Positions 9,076 through 18,070 of a DNA stretch of 37,613 bases are shown here, piece after piece; within the stretch, counting starts at the first letter, position 1, and each line of letters starts with the position of its first letter. The position numbers and the translations under genes are program-made. The notes beneath the pieces are model-generated. The model was given only the letters and a program-made list of their open reading frames with translations. It was not told the origin of the DNA and searched no databases. The stretch is from a virus (taxonomy: Duplodnaviria > Caudoviricetes): the IMG/VR virus record IMGVR_UViG_3300025429_000037, positions 1 through 37,613 of that record; one strand, written 5' to 3'.

Positions 9076-9934
9076 GAATGATAATATAGATATAAAAGAA
9101 CGTATAAAAGATGAATACTTGAAATGCGCTACAGACCCAGTGTATTTCATGAAGAAATTTTATATGATTCAACATCCTCAAAGAGGTCGACAAATGTTCG
9201 ATCTCTATCCTTTTCAAGAACAAGTACTGAAATTATTTCAAAAACATTCTGATTCGATTATTAATAAGTCAAGACAATTAGGAATATCTACACTAGTTTC
9301 TGCTTATTCTTTATGGTTAATGATGTTTCAAAGGGATAAAAACGTTCTTGTAATTGCGACTAAGCAGGAAACTGCAAAAAACATGGTAACTAAAGTAAGA
9401 TTTGCTTACAATAATTTACCTGATTGGATGAAAAAAATAGCCAAATCAACTTCAAATAATCAATTAAGTCTTAGTTTAAGCAATGGTTCTCAAATTAAAG
9501 CAGTATCTGCAGCGGGTGACGCTGGTCGTTCTGAAGCTGTATCATTACTAGTAATAGATGAGGCTGCATTCATTGATAATATCGAAACAATTTACACAGC
9601 TGCTAAGATGACTTTGGCTACTGGAGGAGGGTGTATAGCTTTATCGACTCCAAATGGTGTTGGTAACTGGTTTCATGCAACATACTCAAAAGCACAAAAA
9701 CAAGAAAACGCATTTTTACCTATATCTTTACCTTGGACAGTACATCCTGAAAGAGACATTGAGTGGAGAAAGCAACAAGATATCGATTTAGGCGTAAGAA
9801 ACGCAGCACAAGAGTGTGATTGCATCGCTGGAGATTCTGAAATATGTGTTTTAGATGAATTGACTAAAGAGATAAAAATTATATCTTTACATGATCTATA
9901 TTCAGACATACATTCTAAAAATTTTATAGAATAA
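9065..9934 (+). CDS. terL: Terminase large subunit, N-terminal ATPase half (T4 gp17-like), ending in an N-intein
   Basis: LYPFQ adenine-binding motif, KSRQLGIST Walker A variant, LLVIDEAAF Walker B, STPNG motif. Confidence 0.93.
   Translation: MQIKNDNIDIKERIKDEYLKCATDPVYFMKKFYMIQHPQRGRQMFDLYPFQEQVLKLFQKHSDSIINKSRQLGISTLVSAYSLWLMMFQRDKNVLVIATKQETAKNMVTKVRFAYNNLPDWMKKIAKSTSNNQLSLSLSNGSQIKAVSAAGDAGRSEAVSLLVIDEAAFIDNIETIYTAAKMTLATGGGCIALSTPNGVGNWFHATYSKAQKQENAFLPISLPWTVHPERDIEWRKQQDIDLGVRNAAQECDCIAGDSEICVLDELTKEIKIISLHDLYSDIHSKNFIE
9821..9931 (+). mobile_element. Split intein N-fragment (37 aa)
   Basis: AQECD|CIAGDSEI block A, followed by ISLHDLY, then stop. Confidence 0.9.
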
Positions 9935-9938
9935 AGAT

Positions 9939-10274
9939 ATGATAGAACTCGTAAAAAATAGTAAATACAAAGTACTAACGCCATCAGGATTTCAATCTTT
10001 CTCTGCTATAAGGGCATTAAAAAAAGACGCGTACTATAATATTGTATTTTCTAACGGAAAAAGTATTAAGTGTTCTACTAATCATAAGTTTATTAGAGAT
10101 GGAATTGAAGTTTTTGTGTATGATTTAGAGATTGGATCTTTTTTAGATGGCAAAAATAATAGCAAAGTAGTTGTTTTAAGCAAAACTTTAGAAAGCGGGG
10201 AAATATTTTTGTATGATCTAGTAAATGTGAATAATGAAAGCATTTTTTATTCAAATGATATAGTTTCCCATAAT
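9939..10274 (+). mobile_element. Split intein C-fragment (112 aa, no endonuclease domain)
   Basis: KVLTPSGF, block B KCSTNHKF, block F LYDLVNV, block G VSHN|C. Confidence 0.92.
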
Positions 10275-11126
10275 TGCGACTTCGCAACATCAGGTAATAC
10301 AGTAATTGAACCAGAAATTTTAAATTGGTATTCAGAGAACATGATTAAAGAACCAATTGATATTGGGGTGTTAGATAGAGCTCTCTGGGTGTGGGAAGTT
10401 CCTGATCCTATGAAATACTATATGGTTGTAGCAGACGTCGCCAGAGGAGACGGGATGGATTATTCTGCGTATCATGTAATTGATGTAGATACTTTAACGC
10501 AAGTAGCAGAATACAAAGCTCAAATAGATACTAGATATTTTGCAAATGAATTAATATCTATAGCCACAAAATATAATCGTGCATTATTAGTGATAGAAAA
10601 CGCTAATATAGGATGGGATGTAATTCAATCTGTATTAGAAAGTGGATATACTAACATGCACTACAGTCACAGAGCTGACAATAGCGCTGATTTTCAAACA
10701 TATCTCTCAGTCCATAATGGAAATCATACATTAGTACCAGGATTTACAATGGCGACTAAAATTAGATTAAACGTTATTGAAAAAATGAGAGACTATATAG
10801 AAAATAAACATGTAACAATTAGATCAATAAGATTATTAGATGAATTAAGAGTGTTTATTTGGAAAAATGGTAAGCAACAAGCCATGCAAGGATATAATGA
10901 TGATCTAGTAATGGCATTTGCGATTGCAATGTTTTTAAGAGAGACATCAGTACGATACAAAAAAACAGCTGATAGTTTAACTATTGCTGCAATAACTAAT
11001 GTTGGTAAAAGTTCTGCTGATTTAGGATTTTATGCAGCAAATAATTATAATGCTCAAAATCCTTGGAGTATGAAAATATCAGCACCAGGAGGAGATTATC
11101 AACAAGATTTAACTTGGCTTATATAA
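9939..11126 (+). CDS. terL: C-intein plus terminase large subunit C-terminal nuclease half
   Basis: After SHN|CDF: ADVARGDGMDYS, IENANIG, DDLVMA (RNase H-like terminase nuclease motifs). Confidence 0.93.
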   Translation: MIELVKNSKYKVLTPSGFQSFSAIRALKKDAYYNIVFSNGKSIKCSTNHKFIRDGIEVFVYDLEIGSFLDGKNNSKVVVLSKTLESGEIFLYDLVNVNNESIFYSNDIVSHNCDFATSGNTVIEPEILNWYSENMIKEPIDIGVLDRALWVWEVPDPMKYYMVVADVARGDGMDYSAYHVIDVDTLTQVAEYKAQIDTRYFANELISIATKYNRALLVIENANIGWDVIQSVLESGYTNMHYSHRADNSADFQTYLSVHNGNHTLVPGFTMATKIRLNVIEKMRDYIENKHVTIRSIRLLDELRVFIWKNGKQQAMQGYNDDLVMAFAIAMFLRETSVRYKKTADSLTIAAITNVGKSSADLGFYAANNYNAQNPWSMKISAPGGDYQQDLTWLI

Positions 11127-11136
11127 CTAAATAATT

Positions 11137-13065
11137 ATGGCACAACCTGAAATAAAAAAAGACAATTTATTTGCATCACTTAGAAGACTTTTTTCTACTG
11201 ATGTAATTATTAGAAATACTGGTACTAAAGGAGGAACTGGGATTACTGTAATGGATCCTGATAACATTCAAGCAAATGGTGTTATACAAACCAATTCTTT
11301 AATTGATCGTTTTCATAAAGTTTATACAACTTCTACTGCTTACGGAGTCAATTTAAATTTAGCACAAAATTATCAATCAGCCCGTGTACAAATATACGCT
11401 GATTATGATTCAATGGATACAGATGCAATCATATCTTCAGCATTAGATATTATAGCTGATGAGTGTACGTTAAAAGATGAAAATGGAATTTTATTACAGA
11501 TTAGATCTGCTGATGAAAATATTCAAAATATACTAGAACAATTATTTTATTCTATACTTAATATAGAATTTAATCTTTGGGGGTGGGTAAGAAATTTTTG
11601 TAAATATGGAGATTTTTATTTAAAATTAGAAATATCTGAAAAATTTGGAATTTATAATGTAATTCCTTTTTCTGCTTATAATATTGTTAGACAAGAAGGT
11701 TTTAATCCACATAATCCAAATGAAGTAAGATTTAAATTTGATCCTAATGCTGCACTAGGATCTACTACGGGTTATTCATCAGCATATAATAATCAAGACG
11801 TTGGAGTTTGGTTCGATAATTATGAAATGGCTCACTTTAGATTTACTGGAGATGTGAATTATTTACCATATGGAAAATCTTATTTAGAAAACGCAAGAAA
11901 ATTATTTAAGCAATATACTCTTATAGAAGACGCAATGCTTATTCATAGGATTGTAAGAGCACCTGATAAAAGAGCATATTATGTTAATGTGGGAGCTATC
12001 CCACCTGCTGAGGTTGAAAACTATATGCAAAGAATGATGAACAAGATGAAAAAAACTCCTCTTGTTGATCCTAATACTGGCGATTATAACATGAAGTACA
12101 ATGTACAAAACATGTTAGAAGATTATTTTGTTCCAAGAAGAGGAAATGAAGATTCTACTAAAATAGAAACAATACCTGGATTAACTTATAATGGTATTGA
12201 AGACGTACAATACTTTAGAGAAAAAGTGTTTGCTGCTCTTAAAATACCTAAAGCTTTCATGGGATATGAAAAAGATCTAACTGGTAAAGCCACTTTAGCA
12301 GCAGAAGATATTCGTTTTGCAAGAACAATAGAAAGAATTCAAAGAATAATTGTATCAGAACTTAAAAAAATCGCATTAGTTCATTTATATGCAAATGGTT
12401 ATACAGATGAATCAGTAGCTAATTTTCAGTTAAGTTTAACTGGACCTTCTATCATATATGATCAAGAAAGGGTTGCGATGTTGAAGGAAAAAGTTGATTT
12501 AATGAATCAAGCTATGGAAGCTAAGAGTTTACCAAGGGATTACATGTGGAAAAATATCCTAAAAGTGTCAGAAGATGAATTTGCAGAAATGGAAGATATG
12601 ATTATTGAAGATCAAAAAAGAGTATTTAGATATAATCAAATTCAAGAAGAGGGAAATGATCCAGCAGAAACCGGTCAAGCATTTGGAACTCCACATCAAT
12701 TAGCAAGTTTATATGGCGGTAAAGGAGATGGTAATTTAGATGTTCCATCAGGATACGATGAAAATGATCCAAATAGACCTACTAAAATATCTGGAAGACC
12801 TCAAAAATATAAATCTACTTATAAAACAGATGATTCTCCATTTGGAAGAGATAGACTTGGATCTTATGATTTAAAAGCTAATGCAGAGACTGGAGAAGAT
12901 AGTTTTAAACCAAAATTTAAGGGTGGTCCTTTAAATTTAGAAAGTAGGGATACTATGAATTTATATTTACAACATAGAAGTTCTTTACAAAAAATGTTTC
13001 CAAGTAGAAAGACAACTTTATTTGAATCTAGTACATTAGATGAAGATAATATACTAGAAGACTGA
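11137..13065 (+). CDS. Portal vertex protein (T4 gp20-like)
   Basis: LIEDAMLIHRIVRAP, MLEDYFVPRRG, IETIPG, ALKIPK, EDIRFARTIERIQ. Confidence 0.93.
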   Translation: MAQPEIKKDNLFASLRRLFSTDVIIRNTGTKGGTGITVMDPDNIQANGVIQTNSLIDRFHKVYTTSTAYGVNLNLAQNYQSARVQIYADYDSMDTDAIISSALDIIADECTLKDENGILLQIRSADENIQNILEQLFYSILNIEFNLWGWVRNFCKYGDFYLKLEISEKFGIYNVIPFSAYNIVRQEGFNPHNPNEVRFKFDPNAALGSTTGYSSAYNNQDVGVWFDNYEMAHFRFTGDVNYLPYGKSYLENARKLFKQYTLIEDAMLIHRIVRAPDKRAYYVNVGAIPPAEVENYMQRMMNKMKKTPLVDPNTGDYNMKYNVQNMLEDYFVPRRGNEDSTKIETIPGLTYNGIEDVQYFREKVFAALKIPKAFMGYEKDLTGKATLAAEDIRFARTIERIQRIIVSELKKIALVHLYANGYTDESVANFQLSLTGPSIIYDQERVAMLKEKVDLMNQAMEAKSLPRDYMWKNILKVSEDEFAEMEDMIIEDQKRVFRYNQIQEEGNDPAETGQAFGTPHQLASLYGGKGDGNLDVPSGYDENDPNRPTKISGRPQKYKSTYKTDDSPFGRDRLGSYDLKANAETGEDSFKPKFKGGPLNLESRDTMNLYLQHRSSLQKMFPSRKTTLFESSTLDEDNILED

Positions 13066-13078
13066 TAAAAATAATAGC

Positions 13079-13086
13079 ATATTTAT
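13079..13086 (+). promoter_or_regulatory. ATATTTAT motif, putative late promoter
   Basis: Intergenic, upstream of ATG 13109. Confidence 0.6.
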
Positions 13087-13108
13087 TGGTAGCCGATTTA
13101 CACACATT

Positions 13109-13960
13109 ATGCCCGTAAAACATAGCAAATACCGTAATACTGGAATTCTTTTTGAATTACTAGTTAGACAGACAACAGCTGATCTTTTAGAAAATAAAGA
13201 TTCTAAAGCAGTTAAAATACTCAAAAAATACTTTACCAATACAGATCTTGGTAAAGAATATAATTTGTATAATACTCTAGCAACTAGTAAAAAATTGAAT
13301 GAATCTAAAGCAGAAGTGTTAATATCCACTGTAATAGATCAACATAAAAAAATTGATTATCAGTCTTTAAATAGATTAAAATACAATTTAATTAAAGAAA
13401 TTAAAAAACATTATGATTTAAATGATTTCTTTAAAGCAAAAGTAGATCATTATAAATTTTATGCATCTGCCTATACAATATTTGAATCTAATCATAGTGA
13501 ACAATCTGATACAAAACAAATTATTGCTAATAAAATTAATCTTTTAGAAAGGATTAGCAAAGATAACATAAAAGATAAAAAAGTTCCTTCTTCTTTAGTG
13601 GATGAATTAATGAAAGAAGACAAAGAAATTAGATTAATGACCTATAAAATATTGGTAGAAAAATTTAATCAAAAATATGGAACTCTTTCAACAAAACAAA
13701 AAGCAGTTTTAAAAGAATATATAGAGAGCATTTCAGATACTCAAACTTTAAAAGAATCTTTAAATAAAAGATTAACCTCAATAAAAAAAGAATTGGTATC
13801 TCTCTCAAATAAAGTAGAAAGTCCGGTAGTAAAAATAAAACTTACAGAAGTAATTAAATTAATTACTCCAATAAAAGAAAATATCGGAGTAAAAGATGAA
13901 ACTATCGCAGGAATTTTACAGTACTACGATTTAATTGATGAACTAAAATCAATTAACTAA
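13109..13960 (+). CDS. Conserved hypothetical head-module protein
   Basis: 283 aa helical protein (KHSKYRNTGILFELLVRQ) directly after the portal. Confidence 0.75.
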   Translation: MPVKHSKYRNTGILFELLVRQTTADLLENKDSKAVKILKKYFTNTDLGKEYNLYNTLATSKKLNESKAEVLISTVIDQHKKIDYQSLNRLKYNLIKEIKKHYDLNDFFKAKVDHYKFYASAYTIFESNHSEQSDTKQIIANKINLLERISKDNIKDKKVPSSLVDELMKEDKEIRLMTYKILVEKFNQKYGTLSTKQKAVLKEYIESISDTQTLKESLNKRLTSIKKELVSLSNKVESPVVKIKLTEVIKLITPIKENIGVKDETIAGILQYYDLIDELKSIN

Positions 13961-14497
13961 ATGAAAAAAAAATCCCCAGAAAAAACATTTTCAGTTCAAT
14001 TTGCTACTCAAAAACTTAGAGAGGAAGAGTTAGAAGAAGATTTGGGTGGATCTACTACATCAGCAAGTCAAGCATATTTACCTGGATTAGATGTTCCAAA
14101 AAAGAAATACGCTGGACCTTATCAAAAGAAAATTAAAAAAGAATCTAAAGATATTACAGGTTGGAAAAATGCTCCTAAAATTCCAAATAGATCAACTAAA
14201 GGTGGATTTATTTATAAAGATCTATGGAAAGAAGGATCATTAAATGAATCTTATTCTAGTTTTAAAAAACAAACAAAGACAAGAAATGAATCTCAACAAT
14301 TTCATGAAGCTATTAAGTTAGTTAGAAAGAAAATAGATGAGGTTAATAAAATATTAGAGTATTCAAAAAGACTCAAAGAAGAATTTCCTTATCAAAATTC
14401 TGGTATGCATGAAGCAAAAAGTCATACTAAAAAAACGATAGAAAAATTAAAAACAAAAATTGCGGAAGCGTATAAACAAATTAAAAAATTAAGTTAA
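13961..14497 (+). CDS. Putative internal head/core protein
   Basis: Highly charged, several LxE sites (LREEELEE, LNES); lies between portal and protease. Confidence 0.65.
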   Translation: MKKKSPEKTFSVQFATQKLREEELEEDLGGSTTSASQAYLPGLDVPKKKYAGPYQKKIKKESKDITGWKNAPKIPNRSTKGGFIYKDLWKEGSLNESYSSFKKQTKTRNESQQFHEAIKLVRKKIDEVNKILEYSKRLKEEFPYQNSGMHEAKSHTKKTIEKLKTKIAEAYKQIKKLS

Positions 14498-14613
14498 TGG
14501 CAATCTCAGATGGCACAAAAAAAAGTTTCGGAAAGAAAAAAATAGGTAAAGCAAAAAAATCTTTCAACAAACATTCTCCTAGACCAAAAGCCTATAAAGG
14601 TCAAGGAAGATAA
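14497..14613 (+). CDS. 38-aa very basic peptide ending YKGQGR (not in ORF track)
   Basis: MAISDGTKKSFGKKKIGKAKKSFNKHSPRPKAYKGQGR. TAATG-coupled to the upstream gene and fills the gap. Confidence 0.75.
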   Translation: MAISDGTKKSFGKKKIGKAKKSFNKHSPRPKAYKGQGR

Positions 14614-14617
14614 CTGA

Positions 14618-14625
14618 ATATTTAT
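14618..14625 (+). promoter_or_regulatory. ATATTTAT motif, putative late promoter
   Basis: Immediately upstream of ATG 14631. Confidence 0.55.
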
Positions 14626-14630
14626 TGAAT

Positions 14631-16019
14631 ATGACAACCATAGATCTATACAAACAATTAAAAGAGGGTAAAATAACTGAATCTAAGTTCTTATACGAAG
14701 TACGTAGAGATATTAATTTACCTTTTATCACTAATTTAATGTCTTTTAAAGATACTGAACAAGTTCTTAAAAACAAAGGTATTATTAAAGAGTGGTCAAA
14801 AGAAAATCAAGAAATTACTGCTACTATAGATCGATTAAATCCTTATAGATTTAAAAGAGCAATGGAATTTGAACTAAATAAATGGGGTGATAAGCCATTT
14901 GATGAGTCTATTTATATTAAACTTAGATCTAAAGTGGCTAAAAAAATGGCTTCTGATCCAATGGCATATAGAGAAACCGAGTTTATGAATTCAAAACAGA
15001 TCGAGAAAGAAGATGAATCACTTAAAATGGTACCTCTTAAAAAAGAAAATACTCGTGATGATAAGAATCAGATGAGAAAGATTAAAGGGCAAGAAACTCA
15101 TAAAGCTCAACATGCTCCTAAAACTGAAAATAAAAAAGGAAAACCAAAAGGCGTTAAAGAATTAACTTATCATGCCAAAAAAGCAAAAGGTATTGCTGAA
15201 GTAATGCCAGAAACTAAAAAAGAAAAGATAGTTGAAAGCTTATTTGGTGGCATTTTTAAAAAAAAAGTTAAGTTAAACGAGGACACTCATCATAAATTTG
15301 GAATAGGTCAATTAGTACCTTTACCAGATACAGATAGAAAAGCTTTTGGTTGTGAATCTGGCACAATAAAAGATATTAAAGGCGGCACTTTACATTTAGA
15401 ATTAGAGGTCACAGATGAACAAGGACAGCCTATAGAAATTACAAGACAAGTAAATGTAATAGAACATCAACTTGGAGGAAGAGATGAAGTTCAAAAAGAT
15501 ATAATTACAGAACCAGTAAAAAATAGTGAAGGTAATAGTTTTACAACTGGCCAAGAAGTATTAGATGATAGAGGTAAAAAAGTAACTATCGGAGGATTCA
15601 AAAAGGATCAATATGGAAAAGTTCAAGCATTAATAAAATCTTCTGAAGGTGGAATGTTTTATTCTGGAATTAGTCTAGATGGATTATCTCCAATAAAAAG
15701 CAAAGAAACTCCTGAGAATGATAAAGAGTATAGAGATAGAGTTTTTGGTAAACTTCCTAATGTTGGTGCAACATCTATTAGAAAGGAAGATAAAATGAAA
15801 GAAGTTTTTAAGAAATTAAAAGAAATTTCTAAAAATAATAATTTAAAAGAGGGTAAGAAAAAAATTAAAAAAGAATCCGAAGATGTTGTACAAGCAGATG
15901 ATAGAGAATCTGGAAACCCAGTGACTTTAGCGACTGTTCCATCAGGCCAAGGAGAAAAAGCATTAGAAAAATATAAAAAATCAGGTGCTAATTCAGCTAA
16001 AGTAATTTCAGTAAATTAA
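14631..16019 (+). CDS. Multidomain putative internal head protein
   Basis: ATG 14631 preferred over TTG 14625. Many [LI]xE sites (LKEG, ITES, IVES, LNED). Confidence 0.65.
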   Translation: MTTIDLYKQLKEGKITESKFLYEVRRDINLPFITNLMSFKDTEQVLKNKGIIKEWSKENQEITATIDRLNPYRFKRAMEFELNKWGDKPFDESIYIKLRSKVAKKMASDPMAYRETEFMNSKQIEKEDESLKMVPLKKENTRDDKNQMRKIKGQETHKAQHAPKTENKKGKPKGVKELTYHAKKAKGIAEVMPETKKEKIVESLFGGIFKKKVKLNEDTHHKFGIGQLVPLPDTDRKAFGCESGTIKDIKGGTLHLELEVTDEQGQPIEITRQVNVIEHQLGGRDEVQKDIITEPVKNSEGNSFTTGQEVLDDRGKKVTIGGFKKDQYGKVQALIKSSEGGMFYSGISLDGLSPIKSKETPENDKEYRDRVFGKLPNVGATSIRKEDKMKEVFKKLKEISKNNNLKEGKKKIKKESEDVVQADDRESGNPVTLATVPSGQGEKALEKYKKSGANSAKVISVN

Positions 16020-16021
16020 TT

Positions 16022-16654
16022 ATGAAACAACTATTAATAGAGCATTCATTATTTCTTCCTATATCTAATTTATCAGAAGGAAGAAAAAATATACATGGCA
16101 ACATGGTAGTTGTTGGTCAAGTACAGGCTAGCGATAAACCAAACGCGAATAAAAGAATTTATCCGTACGAAATATTAGAAAAACAGGTAGAAAAATATAT
16201 CGCTGGTCCAATTACTGAAAATAGAGCTCTAGGAGAATTAGATCATCCAGATACTTCTGTAATTAATTTAAAAAACGTTAGTCACAATATATTAGAACTT
16301 TGGTGGCAAGGAAAAGATCTTTACGGTAAAATAGAAATATTACCAACTCCATCTGGGAATATATTAAGACAACTATTTGAAAATAATATAACTGTTGGGA
16401 TCTCATCTAGAGCTATGGGATCAGTTTCTCCAATTGGAGAAGGTATTGTTAAAGTTGAAGACGATCTTGACCTAATATGCTGGGACTTTGTTTCTACACC
16501 TTCAACTTATGGAGCTTACATGAAACCAGTAAATAATCGAGGTTTACAAGAGTCTTACGATAGAAACATAAAACTAGAAGACAAATATAGTCGAGCAAAT
16601 AGAATGATCTCTGATATCATATGTTCTGTTAGCGGTATTTGTTGCATAAATTAA
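16022..16654 (+). CDS. Prohead core protease (T4 gp21-like)
   Basis: NANKRIYP, ALGELDHP, VSH, GISSRAMGS, WDFVSTPS. Confidence 0.95.
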   Translation: MKQLLIEHSLFLPISNLSEGRKNIHGNMVVVGQVQASDKPNANKRIYPYEILEKQVEKYIAGPITENRALGELDHPDTSVINLKNVSHNILELWWQGKDLYGKIEILPTPSGNILRQLFENNITVGISSRAMGSVSPIGEGIVKVEDDLDLICWDFVSTPSTYGAYMKPVNNRGLQESYDRNIKLEDKYSRANRMISDIICSVSGICCIN

Positions 16655-16693
16655 ATATTTTTTTAGTAAACTTACGTTTTACAAAAAAAGTCT

Positions 16694-16781
16694 ATATTTA
16701 TTCGTATATGCGTTACCACAAATCTACAATGTAACGCTACTCGTATAAAATACACATATTGCTTCAATCTCAATAAGCAAT
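16694..16781 (+). promoter_or_regulatory. ATATTTAT motif followed by two 7-bp hairpins with related loops (scaffold 5' leader)
   Basis: GCGTTAC-CACAAATCTACAAT-GTAACGC (16710-16737) and ATTGCTT-CAATCTCAAT-AAGCAAT (16758-16781). Confidence 0.65.
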
Positions 16782-16806
16782 CGGAATCAAACAAACAATT
16801 ATTAAA

Positions 16807-18048
16807 ATGCAAGAAAACTTGTACACACAGGCAATCGCTGATGCAAAAGCATTAAGAGCTGGCGCTATCGCTAACGCAAAGGCAACATTGCAAGAACAAT
16901 TTTCTTCTCAAGTAGAAGAGGCTGTTAAAAAATCAATGCGTGAAGATCTTGAAGAAGATTTGGAAGAAGATTTAGAAGAAGAAAAAACTCCTGGAGCTTA
17001 TGGTCCTGGAAAAGAAAAAACTTATTCTCAACATCCAAAATTTCCTAAAGGTTACAAAAAAACTGCCATCGAAGACGATTTACACGAAGATCTTGAAGAA
17101 GATTTAGAAGAAAACGAAGAAATGGAAGAATCTCACAAAATGGAAGAGCGTAAACATCGTAAAAAAATGGAAGAGCGCAAAAAGAAAATGGAAGAAAAGC
17201 GTCATCACATGGAAGAAGATCTTGAAGAAGACTTAGAAGAAGATCTTGAAGAAGATTTAGATGAATCATCTCTTGAAGAAATCTTAGGAGAACTTGAAGA
17301 AATGGATGAAGACTTAGAAGAAAATGATGGTCTTGAAGAAGACGAAGAAGAAGAAGGTTACATGCATGAAGATGATGAAGAAGAAGGCGAAGAAGAAGGT
17401 GGAGAAGATGAATTCGGTGACGAAGAATCTGAAGAAGGTGAAGACGATGAAGAAATCGTTCTAACTTTTGGCCAACTTAAACAAGCTTTAGCTCCATTTA
17501 TCGGAGGCGAAGAAGGTGGAGAAGAAAGTGAATATGGTGATGAAGAAGGCGAAGAAAACGATGCTGATCTTGACGAAATTCTTGGAGAAGAAGATCTTGA
17601 AGAAGAATTAGAAGAAAGAAAGCATAAAGTTGAAGAGCGTAAACATCAACATAAAGTTGAAGAAAGAAGAAAAATGGAAGAAAGAAAGCACAAAAAAGAA
17701 ATCGAAGAAGCTAAAAAAGCTATCGAAGAACTTAGAGGCTCATTACATGAAGTTAATCTTTTAAATGCTAAACTTCTTTACATGAACAAAATATTCAAAG
17801 CTAAATCTTTGAATGAATCACAAAAGAAAAGAGTTGTTAGTGCTTTTGATAGAGCATCAAATGTTAAAGAAGTTAAAAATATCTTTGCTACATTAAATGA
17901 ATCTATCTCTGCTCCTAAAAAACAACTTAGAGAAAGCTATAACGGTTTTGCATCTAAACCAGCTGGATACGCACCAAAACAGAATATTACTGACGCAGAT
18001 CCATTTGTTACAAGAATGCAACAGTTGGCGGGAATTAAAAAATACTAA
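16807..18048 (+). CDS. Prohead core/scaffold protein (T4 gp22-like)
   Basis: Between protease and capsid. Extremely acidic, with EDLEE and EERK repeats; LHEVNLLNAKLLY; ends RMQQLAGI. Confidence 0.85.
   Translation: MQENLYTQAIADAKALRAGAIANAKATLQEQFSSQVEEAVKKSMREDLEEDLEEDLEEEKTPGAYGPGKEKTYSQHPKFPKGYKKTAIEDDLHEDLEEDLEENEEMEESHKMEERKHRKKMEERKKKMEEKRHHMEEDLEEDLEEDLEEDLDESSLEEILGELEEMDEDLEENDGLEEDEEEEGYMHEDDEEEGEEEGGEDEFGDEESEEGEDDEEIVLTFGQLKQALAPFIGGEEGGEESEYGDEEGEENDADLDEILGEEDLEEELEERKHKVEERKHQHKVEERRKMEERKHKKEIEEAKKAIEELRGSLHEVNLLNAKLLYMNKIFKAKSLNESQKKRVVSAFDRASNVKEVKNIFATLNESISAPKKQLRESYNGFASKPAGYAPKQNITDADPFVTRMQQLAGIKKY
16942..17700 (+). repeat. Coding tandem repeats GAAGA(T/C)(C/T)TxGAA (EDLE) and (M/V)EERK units
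   Basis: Visible directly in the DNA and protein of the scaffold. Confidence 0.85.
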
Positions 18049-18070
18049 AATAAAAAATTAAATTACAATT

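Noticed and set aside
9925-9945. Terminase as a frameshifted pseudogene or intron-split gene
   Set aside because: The break falls inside an intein with intact splice residues and a clean stop/start 4 nt apart. There is no room for an intron.
16658-16689. Imperfect A/T inverted repeat after the protease gene as a terminator
   Set aside because: The stem is almost all A/T with a bulge and no following U-tract; too weak to call.
16942-17700. CRISPR-like or non-coding repeat array
   Set aside because: The repeats are in-frame coding units with synonymous variation and no spacer structure. The same applies to the fibre repeats.
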